48,968 bases of DNA. It comes from a virus (lineage: Duplodnaviria; Caudoviricetes). Positions 1 through 9,657 of this stretch are shown piece by piece. A program made the translations under genes and the position numbers. The notes under the pieces were generated by a model. The model made no database searches and was not told the DNA's origin. It worked only from the letters and a program-made list of their open reading frames with translations. How positions within the stretch are numbered: position 1 is the stretch's first letter; every line of letters begins with the position of its first letter. Location: positions 1-48,968 of IMG/VR virus record IMGVR_UViG_3300005323_000367. One strand, 5' to 3'.

Positions 1-312
1 TTATACATTGGCCAACATTGAATCATTACGGCTAATTACGGAAGAACCTCCAACAGCTCCGGCATTCGCAAACCATTGAGCAAGCTTAGTTTCGCGGTCA
101 GTTCCCTTCTGGATTGCATCCGAGGAAAAGCCGTTTGCAATAACCGCTAAAACTGGATCGATACGACACTGCATAGCATCACTATCACCAGTATTTTTAA
201 TAGTTATGACTTTCATCGCACTACTGGTACCAGCCTGAACAGTCCCGAAATCTAGCGCGTTTGCCTCAGTAACCTGTTTGCCATCACATTCAAATGTTAT
301 ATTTACAGCCAT
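1..312 (-). CDS. Tail-module protein, Ig-like beta sandwich likely
   Basis: LDFGTVQAGTSSAMKVITIKNTGDS resembles ASH/PapD-type Ig domains; downstream of tail tip gene. Confidence 0.5.
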   Translation of the reverse strand: MAVNITFECDGKQVTEANALDFGTVQAGTSSAMKVITIKNTGDSDAMQCRIDPVLAVIANGFSSDAIQKGTDRETKLAQWFANAGAVGGSSVISRNDSMLANV

Positions 313-687
313 TTAATACACTCTCCTTTGTTTTAGTAATATTTCTGCTCCGCAGGTACAGAGTCTTGGATACAGATTGACCTTAGGACTATTTTCATTG
401 TCATGATGTACATGATATTCAACACAGTGCGCTAATCCTCTGATTTCTTTTACTTTCATGACAATTCGCTGAAGTAATGTCAGTTTTTTTCTACAAGCAA
501 ATTCCGCTTCAAATTCATACGCATACTTGTGATTTTTACCACATTTAGGACAATTACACTGTTGTTCTATACGCTGTCGCAAGGGGATTCCCATCCCCGC
601 AACCTGGTGCGTAAAAGAAAGGCCACACTCACAGTGCAGCCTTGTCTCTATATAATATTGCATCTTCCTTCTCACCTCAATCTTCAA
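313..687 (-). CDS. Cys/His-rich hypothetical protein (zinc-binding), start possibly 663
   Basis: HCEC, CNCPKC, CTCG motifs; abuts neighbours on both sides. Confidence 0.6.
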   Translation of the reverse strand: MKIEVRRKMQYYIETRLHCECGLSFTHQVAGMGIPLRQRIEQQCNCPKCGKNHKYAYEFEAEFACRKKLTLLQRIVMKVKEIRGLAHCVEYHVHHDNENSPKVNLYPRLCTCGAEILLKQRRVY

Positions 688-3568
688 TAGGTTCTACATA
701 ATATCTGTACGCCTTAAAATTCGAATCAATACTTTTACTATGCACAACCAAAAGCTCGTTATCGTTATTTGTATAACATTTTACTTCAATAATACTATTA
801 GGTTCTACAGTAAAACCGCTAACCGTAATGCTATTTGATATAACACCGTCAGATACAGTGTTATTAAAAACCGTACATATTTTCAAATAATAAATTCTGT
901 CAGACACTACATCAATCGTTATCTCTTTATTTACTACCCCATTTAGATACTGCCAAGTTTCTTTTTCGTCATAAGATATGTATACCTGGTAACTATTTGC
1001 GGTTTTACCTCTGGGTAATTGCCAGTTCGCCGTTATGGTATTTACTTCTGTCCCTTTACCTTGAATGACTGATTGTACTCTACATGATAGATTTATTACG
1101 TTAACAGCTACTTCATTAACATAATCACTATAATTTATCACGGGTATCTCAATAACATCCGAATACATTCCTTCAATATATTCAACCCCTGATAGCTTAC
1201 ATTGCTGGTCTTTAGATTTTACAATGTTTATGACCTTAAAGGGCTTAGTGACTTTTTGGGCTTCACCAAATGCAAATACGTCATATCGTTCAGGGATATC
1301 GGTATACTGTGTCGTTAAATCAAGTGTATCTGTGACAGTTTCTTCTGTAACAGCAACCACAGTACGATTTACCCGGATATCTGTTTTAAGCCTGATTTCT
1401 ACTGCATATGTTTTACCTGCCACCATAGTAACTTCTTGATCCAGTGTAACAGTATTTGCAGTTGCTCCTACAATACGTCCACCAGCTGCACCCCATTTAG
1501 GTACATTATGCTGCAGTAATACCACGTCACCTGGCTTACATGCTATTGCATCAATATCCGCTTCCCAATTTTCGGTACGTTTAAGATATTTATTACCTTT
1601 GTACAAAAATACCGCGTCACGATATGCATATTTATATTTTGTTATTCCATACCTGGTAACCTTCGTTGGGTTAGGCACTTGAACTGTAGTATTCCACTCA
1701 TCGCCAAAATACATAGCCAAATCCTGTTTGTAGTCTTTCGCCTCATTAAAAAAATCGACCTCAATACATTGAGATCGATCTTTTACGGATTGAAACTTAC
1801 CTTTCAGGGATTTTTCAGTGATATTTCCCATCGTAAATAGTTGTGATGGAATAGCTGGTTTATCACAAATACAGCTATATTTTGTACCCTTCGGAATTAT
1901 AACGCCACGACCTACTACAGCCATCCTTGCCAAAGCATCTTGAAAACTTATTTCAGTATCTAAAAATAAATTCATCTCAAAACGCGGATCACCGTCTGCG
2001 TCAAGCTCGGCACTATAATTTGCATTTTCTAGAAATGCAAGATAGTCTATACGGTTGATTGGATTGCCTTCTACAACGTACTCATATAGACTCGTATTGA
2101 TATTTTTAAGATACTTGCAATTATGAATTAAGTCATAGCATCCCCAATATGGGTTAGTTGCTGGTTTCTGCTCATATTGCGCTGTATCAGGGTTCCAAAC
2201 ATTTACCTTACTCCTAGTGTTTATCCACCCCACGTCAGGATCAGATCCGCTTAGCTGATCGGTAGCCAGGGCTTTTATGCCCACCAGTACTTTACCTGGC
2301 CTAGCAAAGTCATTGTAAATAACATGGCTTAATTGCGACCAATACACGCGAGTACCGTAACGGGTATTTGTTCCTGATTTGTAATAACACTGACAGCGCA
2401 CCTCGTACTTAGCAGCATCCAAGTTATCAATTCTAAATACCCTGCGTACTGCTGTGTTTTTAGCGGCGGTAATAACACCATCTTTAGTTAGCGCCCAGTC
2501 TATCCATGCTATATCTCCGACCTTGCGGTACTGAGCTTTAACTTTTACTGTCGCATTCGCAAGACTGCCACTATCTTTTGTATAGTAGAGTCCATAAGGC
2601 ATTTCAAATGTTATTTCTAAACCTTTGCCAGCATTCCCTTCAGTCTGCTGTGTAGCCCATTTACTGCCTGCGTACGTCCATACTGCATTGCCATCAGTTA
2701 CAGTACCAGTTGACCATGTAGGTTGAGTTGCGCCAGACTTGCCAGCAACACTACAGCTATATAGCGTATCATTTACCTCAATTTTCTCATCAAGTTTATA
2801 GTTAGTATTCACTTTCCAGTCGCTATATTCTTGCAATTCATAGTTAAGCGTTTGATCCGCAAAAGTATCTCCAAAGTTTTCAATCGGTTCCTGGTCATTG
2901 GTGCCTAAACGAATATCCACTTGCACATCTTTATAATTAGCAATTGGATTACCATCAATCGTTATATCTGCAACAGAATCTATTGGCCCCTCACCACCGC
3001 CATAGAGGATATTAAGGTACTGTTTGTCCCCATCTGTGGTAACGTGACGTGCCAATACAACTGGTGCAGGTTTAACCCTACCAAAGGTTTTACCGATTGG
3101 CGTACCAGTTGCGGCTATGGGTTTTGCCCCACCCCATCCATAGGTAGGCGATACGGTTGAGCTGTTTAAATTTTGCTTTGGAGGCGGTAGTATCGCGTTT
3201 ATAATACGACCACCAACGTACATAACAGCACCTTTGGCAAGAGCATTAATAAACCAACTTTTTCCTAAACTCAATTCGTTAGCGAACCCCATGAGGGCTA
3301 TAGTGGCAATGCTATTAAGTATCTCTCCTAGCTTTTTTCCGACAACAGGCAGTATTACAAGTTGATCTCCATCGGCAGGGCATATTAAAGTAACTTCATA
3401 TTTTTCTAAAGTGTGCCCATTGATGCTGACATGAAATTCGGTATCAGGATAGTAAGACAGATATGGATCTATGTATCTTTTTACAGCGGCACCATCTATG
3501 TAGTCGATCTTATGCGATTCCCTTTTTTCTGTATCGAATGGGTTTTTAATAAAAACAACACTAATCAT
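677..3568 (-). CDS. Tail tip / host specificity protein (lambda gpI-gpJ-like, TipJ)
   Basis: N-terminal ubiquitin-like gpI region, YLNILYGGGEGPI, TNPYWGCYDL, C-terminal FN3-like segment; follows NlpC/P60 gene. Confidence 0.88.
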   Translation of the reverse strand: MISVVFIKNPFDTEKRESHKIDYIDGAAVKRYIDPYLSYYPDTEFHVSINGHTLEKYEVTLICPADGDQLVILPVVGKKLGEILNSIATIALMGFANELSLGKSWFINALAKGAVMYVGGRIINAILPPPKQNLNSSTVSPTYGWGGAKPIAATGTPIGKTFGRVKPAPVVLARHVTTDGDKQYLNILYGGGEGPIDSVADITIDGNPIANYKDVQVDIRLGTNDQEPIENFGDTFADQTLNYELQEYSDWKVNTNYKLDEKIEVNDTLYSCSVAGKSGATQPTWSTGTVTDGNAVWTYAGSKWATQQTEGNAGKGLEITFEMPYGLYYTKDSGSLANATVKVKAQYRKVGDIAWIDWALTKDGVITAAKNTAVRRVFRIDNLDAAKYEVRCQCYYKSGTNTRYGTRVYWSQLSHVIYNDFARPGKVLVGIKALATDQLSGSDPDVGWINTRSKVNVWNPDTAQYEQKPATNPYWGCYDLIHNCKYLKNINTSLYEYVVEGNPINRIDYLAFLENANYSAELDADGDPRFEMNLFLDTEISFQDALARMAVVGRGVIIPKGTKYSCICDKPAIPSQLFTMGNITEKSLKGKFQSVKDRSQCIEVDFFNEAKDYKQDLAMYFGDEWNTTVQVPNPTKVTRYGITKYKYAYRDAVFLYKGNKYLKRTENWEADIDAIACKPGDVVLLQHNVPKWGAAGGRIVGATANTVTLDQEVTMVAGKTYAVEIRLKTDIRVNRTVVAVTEETVTDTLDLTTQYTDIPERYDVFAFGEAQKVTKPFKVINIVKSKDQQCKLSGVEYIEGMYSDVIEIPVINYSDYVNEVAVNVINLSCRVQSVIQGKGTEVNTITANWQLPRGKTANSYQVYISYDEKETWQYLNGVVNKEITIDVVSDRIYYLKICTVFNNTVSDGVISNSITVSGFTVEPNSIIEVKCYTNNDNELLVVHSKSIDSNFKAYRYYVEPIED

Positions 3569-3953
3569 ACAGCCACCCAGGAATATAAATCCCTTCAATC
3601 CGTTTTTTCCATACTACGCTATCCATGTTTTCAATTGCCACACCACTGCGCTCCCTGGCATGTATAAAACGCCCATTGCCAATATATACACCTGTATGAT
3701 TACAAATACCATTTTCCATAAAAACAATGAGTGCAGGGACTGGCATTTCACCAATACACCGCACCCATTTTTTACGTTCAGAAACTATTTGCCCATTAAC
3801 TTCATTTTTTGCTTCACATGATATTTTATAGTCGGGAACTTCAATGCCAAAACGCCTAAATACTTCCGCCGATAATCCCCAGCAATCATATTCATTCGGA
3901 CCACGTCCACCATCCTTAAATTCCTTGCCAATTAAATCAACTATTCGATGCAT
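3561..3953 (-). CDS. NlpC/P60 tail assembly protein (gpK-like)
   Basis: GGRGPNEYDCWGL, HTGVYIGNGRFIHA catalytic Cys/His motifs; start taken at MHRIVDL. Confidence 0.9.
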   Translation of the reverse strand: MHRIVDLIGKEFKDGGRGPNEYDCWGLSAEVFRRFGIEVPDYKISCEAKNEVNGQIVSERKKWVRCIGEMPVPALIVFMENGICNHTGVYIGNGRFIHARERSGVAIENMDSVVWKKRIEGIYIPGWLYD

Positions 3954-4578
3954 AAATACCTCCTGGCAGTGCTGGTTCTCCACCAAACCTAATTGCTGTA
4001 ATTCCTGACACTTGCATACGTTCAAGGCAACCCGTTAGAACGTGTGGGCATGTAGGATACTGAATTAAGCAAATAGCGTTTACTCCGCATTTTATACCAC
4101 CGTATTTAAAATTACACCAGTCCTTTAAATATCGATCAGACAACGCTCGGTAAAAGAACCAAAAGTTAGCACCTAACGCAAATTTTACCCATTCTTCATC
4201 ATAATCAGTTTCCTGAATTTCGAAAGTCTCTTCGATCTCAGGGACTGGGTTATCTAAATGTGCGGCGTGGATCAACCTAATCGTAACAGGACAATCAACC
4301 AGGCCGTCATACTCTTCAAGGTATGATTGCATAATTCCTGCCACATTACTAACTTGCACATTAAGAACTGGTAATGACTTCATATCCTCAGTCTTATCAG
4401 TTGTGTCAAACGGAAATGGTATCCACGTAATGCCGTTCCAATTAATTTCTTCATTATTTCTAACAATATGAATGGCTGTACCATCAGGAAGGTTTAATTC
4501 TAGTAGTAACAACCACGGCTTATCATTCGATAATTTATTTTTTTCAATTAATCCACCTACTGAAAACGGTAATGGCAT
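3937..4578 (-). CDS. Minor tail protein gpL-like (DUF1833-like)
   Basis: IVRNNEEINWNGITWIPFPF; Cys-rich C-terminus ending in RFGGEP as in the gpL Fe-S domain; synteny. Confidence 0.8.
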   Translation of the reverse strand: MPLPFSVGGLIEKNKLSNDKPWLLLLELNLPDGTAIHIVRNNEEINWNGITWIPFPFDTTDKTEDMKSLPVLNVQVSNVAGIMQSYLEEYDGLVDCPVTIRLIHAAHLDNPVPEIEETFEIQETDYDEEWVKFALGANFWFFYRALSDRYLKDWCNFKYGGIKCGVNAICLIQYPTCPHVLTGCLERMQVSGITAIRFGGEPALPGGIYASNS

Positions 4579-4579
4579 A

Positions 4580-4921
4580 TTAAACCTCCTCCACTGTATA
4601 CTGCCCATCCCATCCGTATTCGCCTAAGACAAATGGTGGTTTACCCATAAACCTAACTGTGTGAGTAGTGCCGAATTTTGGATGTGTCCATTGAAACTTT
4701 TCTGCACCACCATATGTTTGATTTCGGTAAAAATTAATTAATGTTTGATAATCAGTATCTGATAACGCTTTATACGGAACTACCCATATGCCAATTGTAC
4801 GAGTGTTGCGGGGACGCGTGGCTTTATAGCCCCCATCGGATTTACTAATAATCGTATTGTCCTGAAAATCCTCATTAAAACCATACGATGGCGTTTTACT
4901 TAATATAGGAAATACAAGCAT
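4580..4921 (-). CDS. Distal tail protein gpM-like
   Basis: 113 aa directly after tape measure; GGAEKFQWTHP motif. Confidence 0.75.
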   Translation of the reverse strand: MLVFPILSKTPSYGFNEDFQDNTIISKSDGGYKATRPRNTRTIGIWVVPYKALSDTDYQTLINFYRNQTYGGAEKFQWTHPKFGTTHTVRFMGKPPFVLGEYGWDGQYTVEEV

Positions 4922-7900
4922 TAACCAGCACCTCCCTGGAAGGCATCTTTCATCCCTCCCACATTACGCTCTAACGCATCGATCACCATAGTAACCACTG
5001 TCATTTGAGTATCACTGTCAAATGTAGCCTTTTTAGATACTTTAACTTTATTATCAGTATTATTTATAACGTTTACGATTACTTGTGGTGATTGATTACC
5101 GCCACCCATTATATTTTTAGTTTGGTTCGCAGTATACACCATACCTGGATTATCAAAGTTAATCAGTTCAGGACCTTCTTCACCGACAAGTGTTAACCCC
5201 TGACCGCGACCGCCTTTAGCTTTACCTGGTATTTTAAATCCGAAATTAGGATCAAGTTGCGTCCCATTACTGAGAGTAAAAGCACTTGTATTGGTTTTTG
5301 TGCTGCTACCAAGTATACCGCTAAACCAATCCTGCAATGGCCCCATAATAGTTTTCTGCATCCACATTTTTATCATCATTTGTTCTACGGCCTTTACCAT
5401 ATCGGAAAAAATCCCTTGAAAACTTTGACTGAAGCTTTCGGTGCGGTTAAGATATCCAGTCAAATGACCTTCAATGCTACTACCAATATCATTGAAGGAT
5501 TGTACCATAACTTCAGCATAATCAAACTGCTGGGCTTTGATTCGGCGCATGGCCTCAGCACCAGCGGTTTCTAGGTTACGACCTGAAATCTGTTGCAAAG
5601 ATTCGATAGCAGACATTTTTTGCTGTTCAAGTTTTATACGATCCTCTTTGGTAGTCGTGGCCTTTTTAATTTCATCATCAAGCATGGTTATTTTAGACTG
5701 TAGAGCTTGCCGATTTAATGCATCAACTTCAGCATAGGTTTTACCTTCAAGCTGTACCAGCATATTATTTTTATCAATTTGCTGGTTTATTTCTTTCAGA
5801 TTTATATCTCTTATGCTGTCAAGATACACTCTGTCGGCAGCGGCATTTTTAGCAGCTCTAGATGCCTCTGCCGCGTCACTATCACCTGTTTGTTTATATT
5901 CATCGTCTCTTGCTTTATTTGCTTCAGTATATGATTTTTGTTTTGTCCATTCAGCCGCCATACGTTCATTATTCGTGGTATTTGCATCCATGATACCAGT
6001 GTTATTTTGCAATTCTTGCTGTGCCCAAAACTGTTCTTTCCCATATTTTCCTAGTGTTCTTTTGTTTTCGTCCTTATCTTCATTACCAAGCATTGTTTCT
6101 CGATAAGCTTTAATTTTAGCCTCTGCTTCTTTAGTATCAACACCTTTTTCTTTCGCTTCTCGTATTTCGATATTCATTTTATCTATTTCTTTGAGTGTTT
6201 TTGCAACGTTGGTCTGAAAATTAGTACCTGTTTCACCTATGATTTTTTCATTTAAACCATCAACCATTAGGCGTAATTTATCTTCATGACGTTCTTGTTG
6301 TTCAGCTAGTTTTAATCCTTGTTTATCAATTTCTGTAGCACCAGGGAATTTGGGCTCTAATCCGCTGATGTCTGGCGGTGGCTTTTGTTCAGTAGATATT
6401 CCATTTTCTAGATCTTCTTTTTCCTTTAAATATTGTAGATGGCGTTCTAGTTCTGCTGGTGATAATTTAACGCGCTCAATATGGTCAACTCCTTGCACCA
6501 TACCGCCCGTACCACTGTTAACCATTTCCCCTTTTACCCACACGTTTTTGGTGTAATACTTATTCCCGTCTGCATCTATACCTTCAAATACTTCTGCTTT
6601 TTGATTATAACTATCTACGCGATTTTTCTTTTTCCAATAGTCGATCATAACCGTAGTAGCCCAAGCAGCAGCAATACCAACGCCTAACCATCCACCAGCA
6701 AGTGCAAGTACAGTTTTGCCTAAGCTTTTGACCGCATTACCTGCCGCACCCGCACCTGTAGTAGCCGCAATCTGAGCTTCCCTCGCAGCAACTGCACTTG
6801 CTAGATGTGCAGCTCGTACCTCTATTAATTGCGTTGCTAATAAAAAATTTCCCTTCCGTGCCATATTCGCAGCTTGCAATTGCATTAAGCCAGCTTCTTC
6901 TGCTGTCATGCCTAATCTCATATATTCGGCAGATAATCCGCGTATTTGAGTCGCTAAAGTAAGATTACCTGCTTCTTCGGCTTTTAAAATTCCTGCTGCA
7001 AGCATAGCCGCCTCTTTTTTAGCAACTGCTTTTGCTTTTTCAGCAGCAATAATTGCAGCAGATGCCCCCTCTACCATCGCCATTTCTTTAGCAATTGCTA
7101 TTTCAGCTACCGCGCCCTGCCTTGAAAATTCGGCAGTAGTTATAGCCACAGCACGACCTAATAAACCATTAGATACTACAGCTCCGCTTGTTACTGCCGC
7201 TATCTTCGTATACATACCAGCTATAGTAGACAATACATACCAAGTAGCAAGTCCTCGTCCTACAGTAACTACATTATCAGCTACAAAGGCTACTGCTGCA
7301 CCTGCTACTTTAAGCGTAGGGACAGCAACTTCCGCAACAGGGAGAAATAGTTCTTGTAGATCATTAGCTACTTTTACTGCTTTTGTTGATATCTGCGTTA
7401 ATTCATTTGTTAAATTTTTACTGATAGTTACCTTTCCGGTCTCATTATTTATATCTACAAATTGTTTGCCAATAGTTTGTAAGTTTTCTTTAATCATATT
7501 GAAAACAGGTAATGTCCCTACTGATCCAATACGTGTAAAACCCTCGATTGCCGTATCGGTCAAACCAGCCATTGTTAGCTGTGTCGCTTGTGCTGAATAT
7601 TTAAAACCTTCCATGCGTCTCATAAGAAAAGCAAATAATCCCTCAGAAGATGCTTTTGCGGCTTTAATATCAGCATCCTTAAGCCCCATTGAAGTTGCAA
7701 GGGTTGACGATGCTGGCGTAATGCCACCTTGCACTAAATCACGCAATTCTTGCAATATCTGTTGTTTAGGTAGGTTGAAACTTTTAACAGCATTAACCCC
7801 AACGCTAGTCAACTCGACAATTTCTTTCATGGTCATTTTAGCGGCAAGCCCTGGTGCTAAAATCCCTCTAAAGGCTCCCACCATTTCCTCGGACGTGGCC

Positions 7901-8274
7901 GCTGTTTTTAAAGCTTCATCATTCAATTGCCGCATAACGTCCTTTGATATACTCATAGCATCTCCCCACTTAAGGGTTTCGCCGTTTAAGGTAGTCATGC
8001 TCATGAGGATACCTGCAATACCTATTTCATTTGTTTCCATGGTTTTACTAAAATTCAAGGTCATATTCATGGCAGCACTAGCGGCTGAAGCTAATGCATT
8101 ATAAGCCATAATACCAGCAGCAACCCCAGCGGCATTATAAACAGCACCAGTCGAATTATTACCCATATTCTGCATTTGCCTAGTTGCTCTCGCGGCTGCG
8201 TCCTCGATCTGCCTAAAAGCAGAACTAGCTTGATCAAATGCTACTATCCTAATCTGTACGTCTCTTGCTCCCAT
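4921..8274 (-). CDS. Tail tape measure protein
   Basis: 1117 aa Ala-rich helical protein; LVGEEGPELI C-terminal motif; follows chaperone genes. Confidence 0.92.
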   Translation of the reverse strand: MGARDVQIRIVAFDQASSAFRQIEDAAARATRQMQNMGNNSTGAVYNAAGVAAGIMAYNALASAASAAMNMTLNFSKTMETNEIGIAGILMSMTTLNGETLKWGDAMSISKDVMRQLNDEALKTAATSEEMVGAFRGILAPGLAAKMTMKEIVELTSVGVNAVKSFNLPKQQILQELRDLVQGGITPASSTLATSMGLKDADIKAAKASSEGLFAFLMRRMEGFKYSAQATQLTMAGLTDTAIEGFTRIGSVGTLPVFNMIKENLQTIGKQFVDINNETGKVTISKNLTNELTQISTKAVKVANDLQELFLPVAEVAVPTLKVAGAAVAFVADNVVTVGRGLATWYVLSTIAGMYTKIAAVTSGAVVSNGLLGRAVAITTAEFSRQGAVAEIAIAKEMAMVEGASAAIIAAEKAKAVAKKEAAMLAAGILKAEEAGNLTLATQIRGLSAEYMRLGMTAEEAGLMQLQAANMARKGNFLLATQLIEVRAAHLASAVAAREAQIAATTGAGAAGNAVKSLGKTVLALAGGWLGVGIAAAWATTVMIDYWKKKNRVDSYNQKAEVFEGIDADGNKYYTKNVWVKGEMVNSGTGGMVQGVDHIERVKLSPAELERHLQYLKEKEDLENGISTEQKPPPDISGLEPKFPGATEIDKQGLKLAEQQERHEDKLRLMVDGLNEKIIGETGTNFQTNVAKTLKEIDKMNIEIREAKEKGVDTKEAEAKIKAYRETMLGNEDKDENKRTLGKYGKEQFWAQQELQNNTGIMDANTTNNERMAAEWTKQKSYTEANKARDDEYKQTGDSDAAEASRAAKNAAADRVYLDSIRDINLKEINQQIDKNNMLVQLEGKTYAEVDALNRQALQSKITMLDDEIKKATTTKEDRIKLEQQKMSAIESLQQISGRNLETAGAEAMRRIKAQQFDYAEVMVQSFNDIGSSIEGHLTGYLNRTESFSQSFQGIFSDMVKAVEQMMIKMWMQKTIMGPLQDWFSGILGSSTKTNTSAFTLSNGTQLDPNFGFKIPGKAKGGRGQGLTLVGEEGPELINFDNPGMVYTANQTKNIMGGGNQSPQVIVNVINNTDNKVKVSKKATFDSDTQMTVVTMVIDALERNVGGMKDAFQGGAG

Positions 8275-8595
8275 TTATTTTTCCTTTCGCGAATTATCAA
8301 TCGTCATGCGTTCCATCAATTTTAATTTCGCAAAATCAGCGGGGTTTAGATCAACATCAAGTAATTCAATAACAAAATTTATAGCGGTATAATCCAAACC
8401 GATTATACCGCCGTCAATAACTCGCCACTGAGTTTGTATGTTGTTCCATAACTTCCATATATTTTTATTTTCAAAAAATATATTAGGACATTTATTTACG
8501 CATTTGGGGCAGTCGGTATCTAATTTAGCCTTTCGGCATGTATTGCAATACTTTGCCGTTTGAAGGTTCCACTCCCAAATGCTTTTTAGTTTTTT
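8275..8595 (-). CDS. Tail assembly chaperone frameshift extension (gpT-like, DUF1799-like)
   Basis: Open -1 frame lacking its own start: LKSIWEWNLQTAKYCNTCRK...TQWRVIDGGIIGLDYTAI...RKEK*, stop directly before the tape measure ATG; slippery A AAA AAC at 8589-8595. Confidence 0.85.
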   Translation of the reverse strand, partial: KKLKSIWEWNLQTAKYCNTCRKAKLDTDCPKCVNKCPNIFFENKNIWKLWNNIQTQWRVIDGGIIGLDYTAINFVIELLDVDLNPADFAKLKLMERMTIDNSRKEK

Positions 8596-8963
8596 ATTGC
8601 TAGATCATCGTTATAGGTCATGTTGTAAGTTCTAAGGGCAATGTAATTTGCTACGTTATTACTCACTTCGTCAAGTTGTCCAGGATAAACGTTATCAATA
8701 ATCCAGTCGTAGGTGTCTTCTATTAAATCTCCAAATTGTCTTTTATCTTCAGCTTTACGCTTTGCAAAATTGACGCCTGCCAAATCCATTGCTTTACGCT
8801 CTGTTCTAGTTAATGCCCGTGGAGCTGGCACACTACCAGCGGCTATCAATTCAAGCAAAATTTCTCTATTTCTAGCTTCCTGAGCCTCGCGTTTTTCTTC
8901 GCGTTCCTTGGCTTCTTTCAATTCCAGTTCTTTTATTTCTTGTTCGGTCATGTTAAATTCCAC
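8586..8963 (-). CDS. Tail assembly chaperone (gpG-like)
   Basis: Lies between tail tube and tape measure; ends IKN* on a slippery heptamer. Confidence 0.85.
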   Translation of the reverse strand: MEFNMTEQEIKELELKEAKEREEKREAQEARNREILLELIAAGSVPAPRALTRTERKAMDLAGVNFAKRKAEDKRQFGDLIEDTYDWIIDNVYPGQLDEVSNNVANYIALRTYNMTYNDDLAIKN

Positions 8964-9100
8964 CTTTATTTTTTATATAATAAATTTTCCTTAACCAGTA
9001 AGGTTGTATTGTCTGACATTTGCATCTAAATTCCTTAAATAAGAAGGAATTTATTGTATATTTGCAGTAATAATATGGATAGTATTATATTTAAGGAGCT

Positions 9101-9622
9101 TTGAATATGAAGAAAATTTTGCTTTTATTTACAGCAATACTCTCAATCCACTCATTTTGTTTTGCGGAAGATATTTATGTTGGTGATAACGATGGAATGA
9201 CTATATATCTCCGCACCGAGTCTATACGTTCAAATTCTAATGTTACTCCTGGCATAGCTAATATGGTAACTACTATAACGTATAAGACGTTAGAAATACC
9301 AAACGAAAAAAAATTAGAAGAAGTAAAAATTCTATGTCTCGATAATGGCATCACGCACAGAGAACGTGATTACAGGGTATCATTTAGTTATGACAGGGTA
9401 AAAAAAGAATATGTTGACCAAATAATCGCTATTTATATAGACAAATCAATGTGGTTAGAAAAAAGCAAAAAATATACATATGATCAACACATAAGTAATA
9501 ACAAAGTGTGTTACTTACATTCTGATGATCCTCAAAATGCTATTTATGTAAATACATTTAAAGAGGTTTCAAAATACTATAACGATCACCCTGAAATTAG
9601 AAAAGTAACTTATAGCGATTGA
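9101..9622 (+). CDS. Secreted hypothetical protein (moron)
   Basis: Signal peptide MKKILLLFTAILSIHSFCFA; RBS AAGGAG; opposite strand inside tail operon; AT-rich. Confidence 0.75.
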   Translation: MNMKKILLLFTAILSIHSFCFAEDIYVGDNDGMTIYLRTESIRSNSNVTPGIANMVTTITYKTLEIPNEKKLEEVKILCLDNGITHRERDYRVSFSYDRVKKEYVDQIIAIYIDKSMWLEKSKKYTYDQHISNNKVCYLHSDDPQNAIYVNTFKEVSKYYNDHPEIRKVTYSD

Positions 9623-9657
9623 AAAGGAAACCACATTTGCGTGGTTTCCTTTTTTTA
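9623..9657. terminator. Bidirectional intrinsic terminator
   Basis: aaaaggaaaccac-atttgc-gtggtttccttttttt. Confidence 0.8.

Noticed and set aside
1-3568. Diversity-generating retroelement or shufflon at the tail tip
   Set aside because: No reverse transcriptase, invertase or template repeat seen within the window
5257-8104. Several + strand ORFs within the tape measure gene
   Set aside because: Antisense shadows of a long coding region with no recognisable motifs
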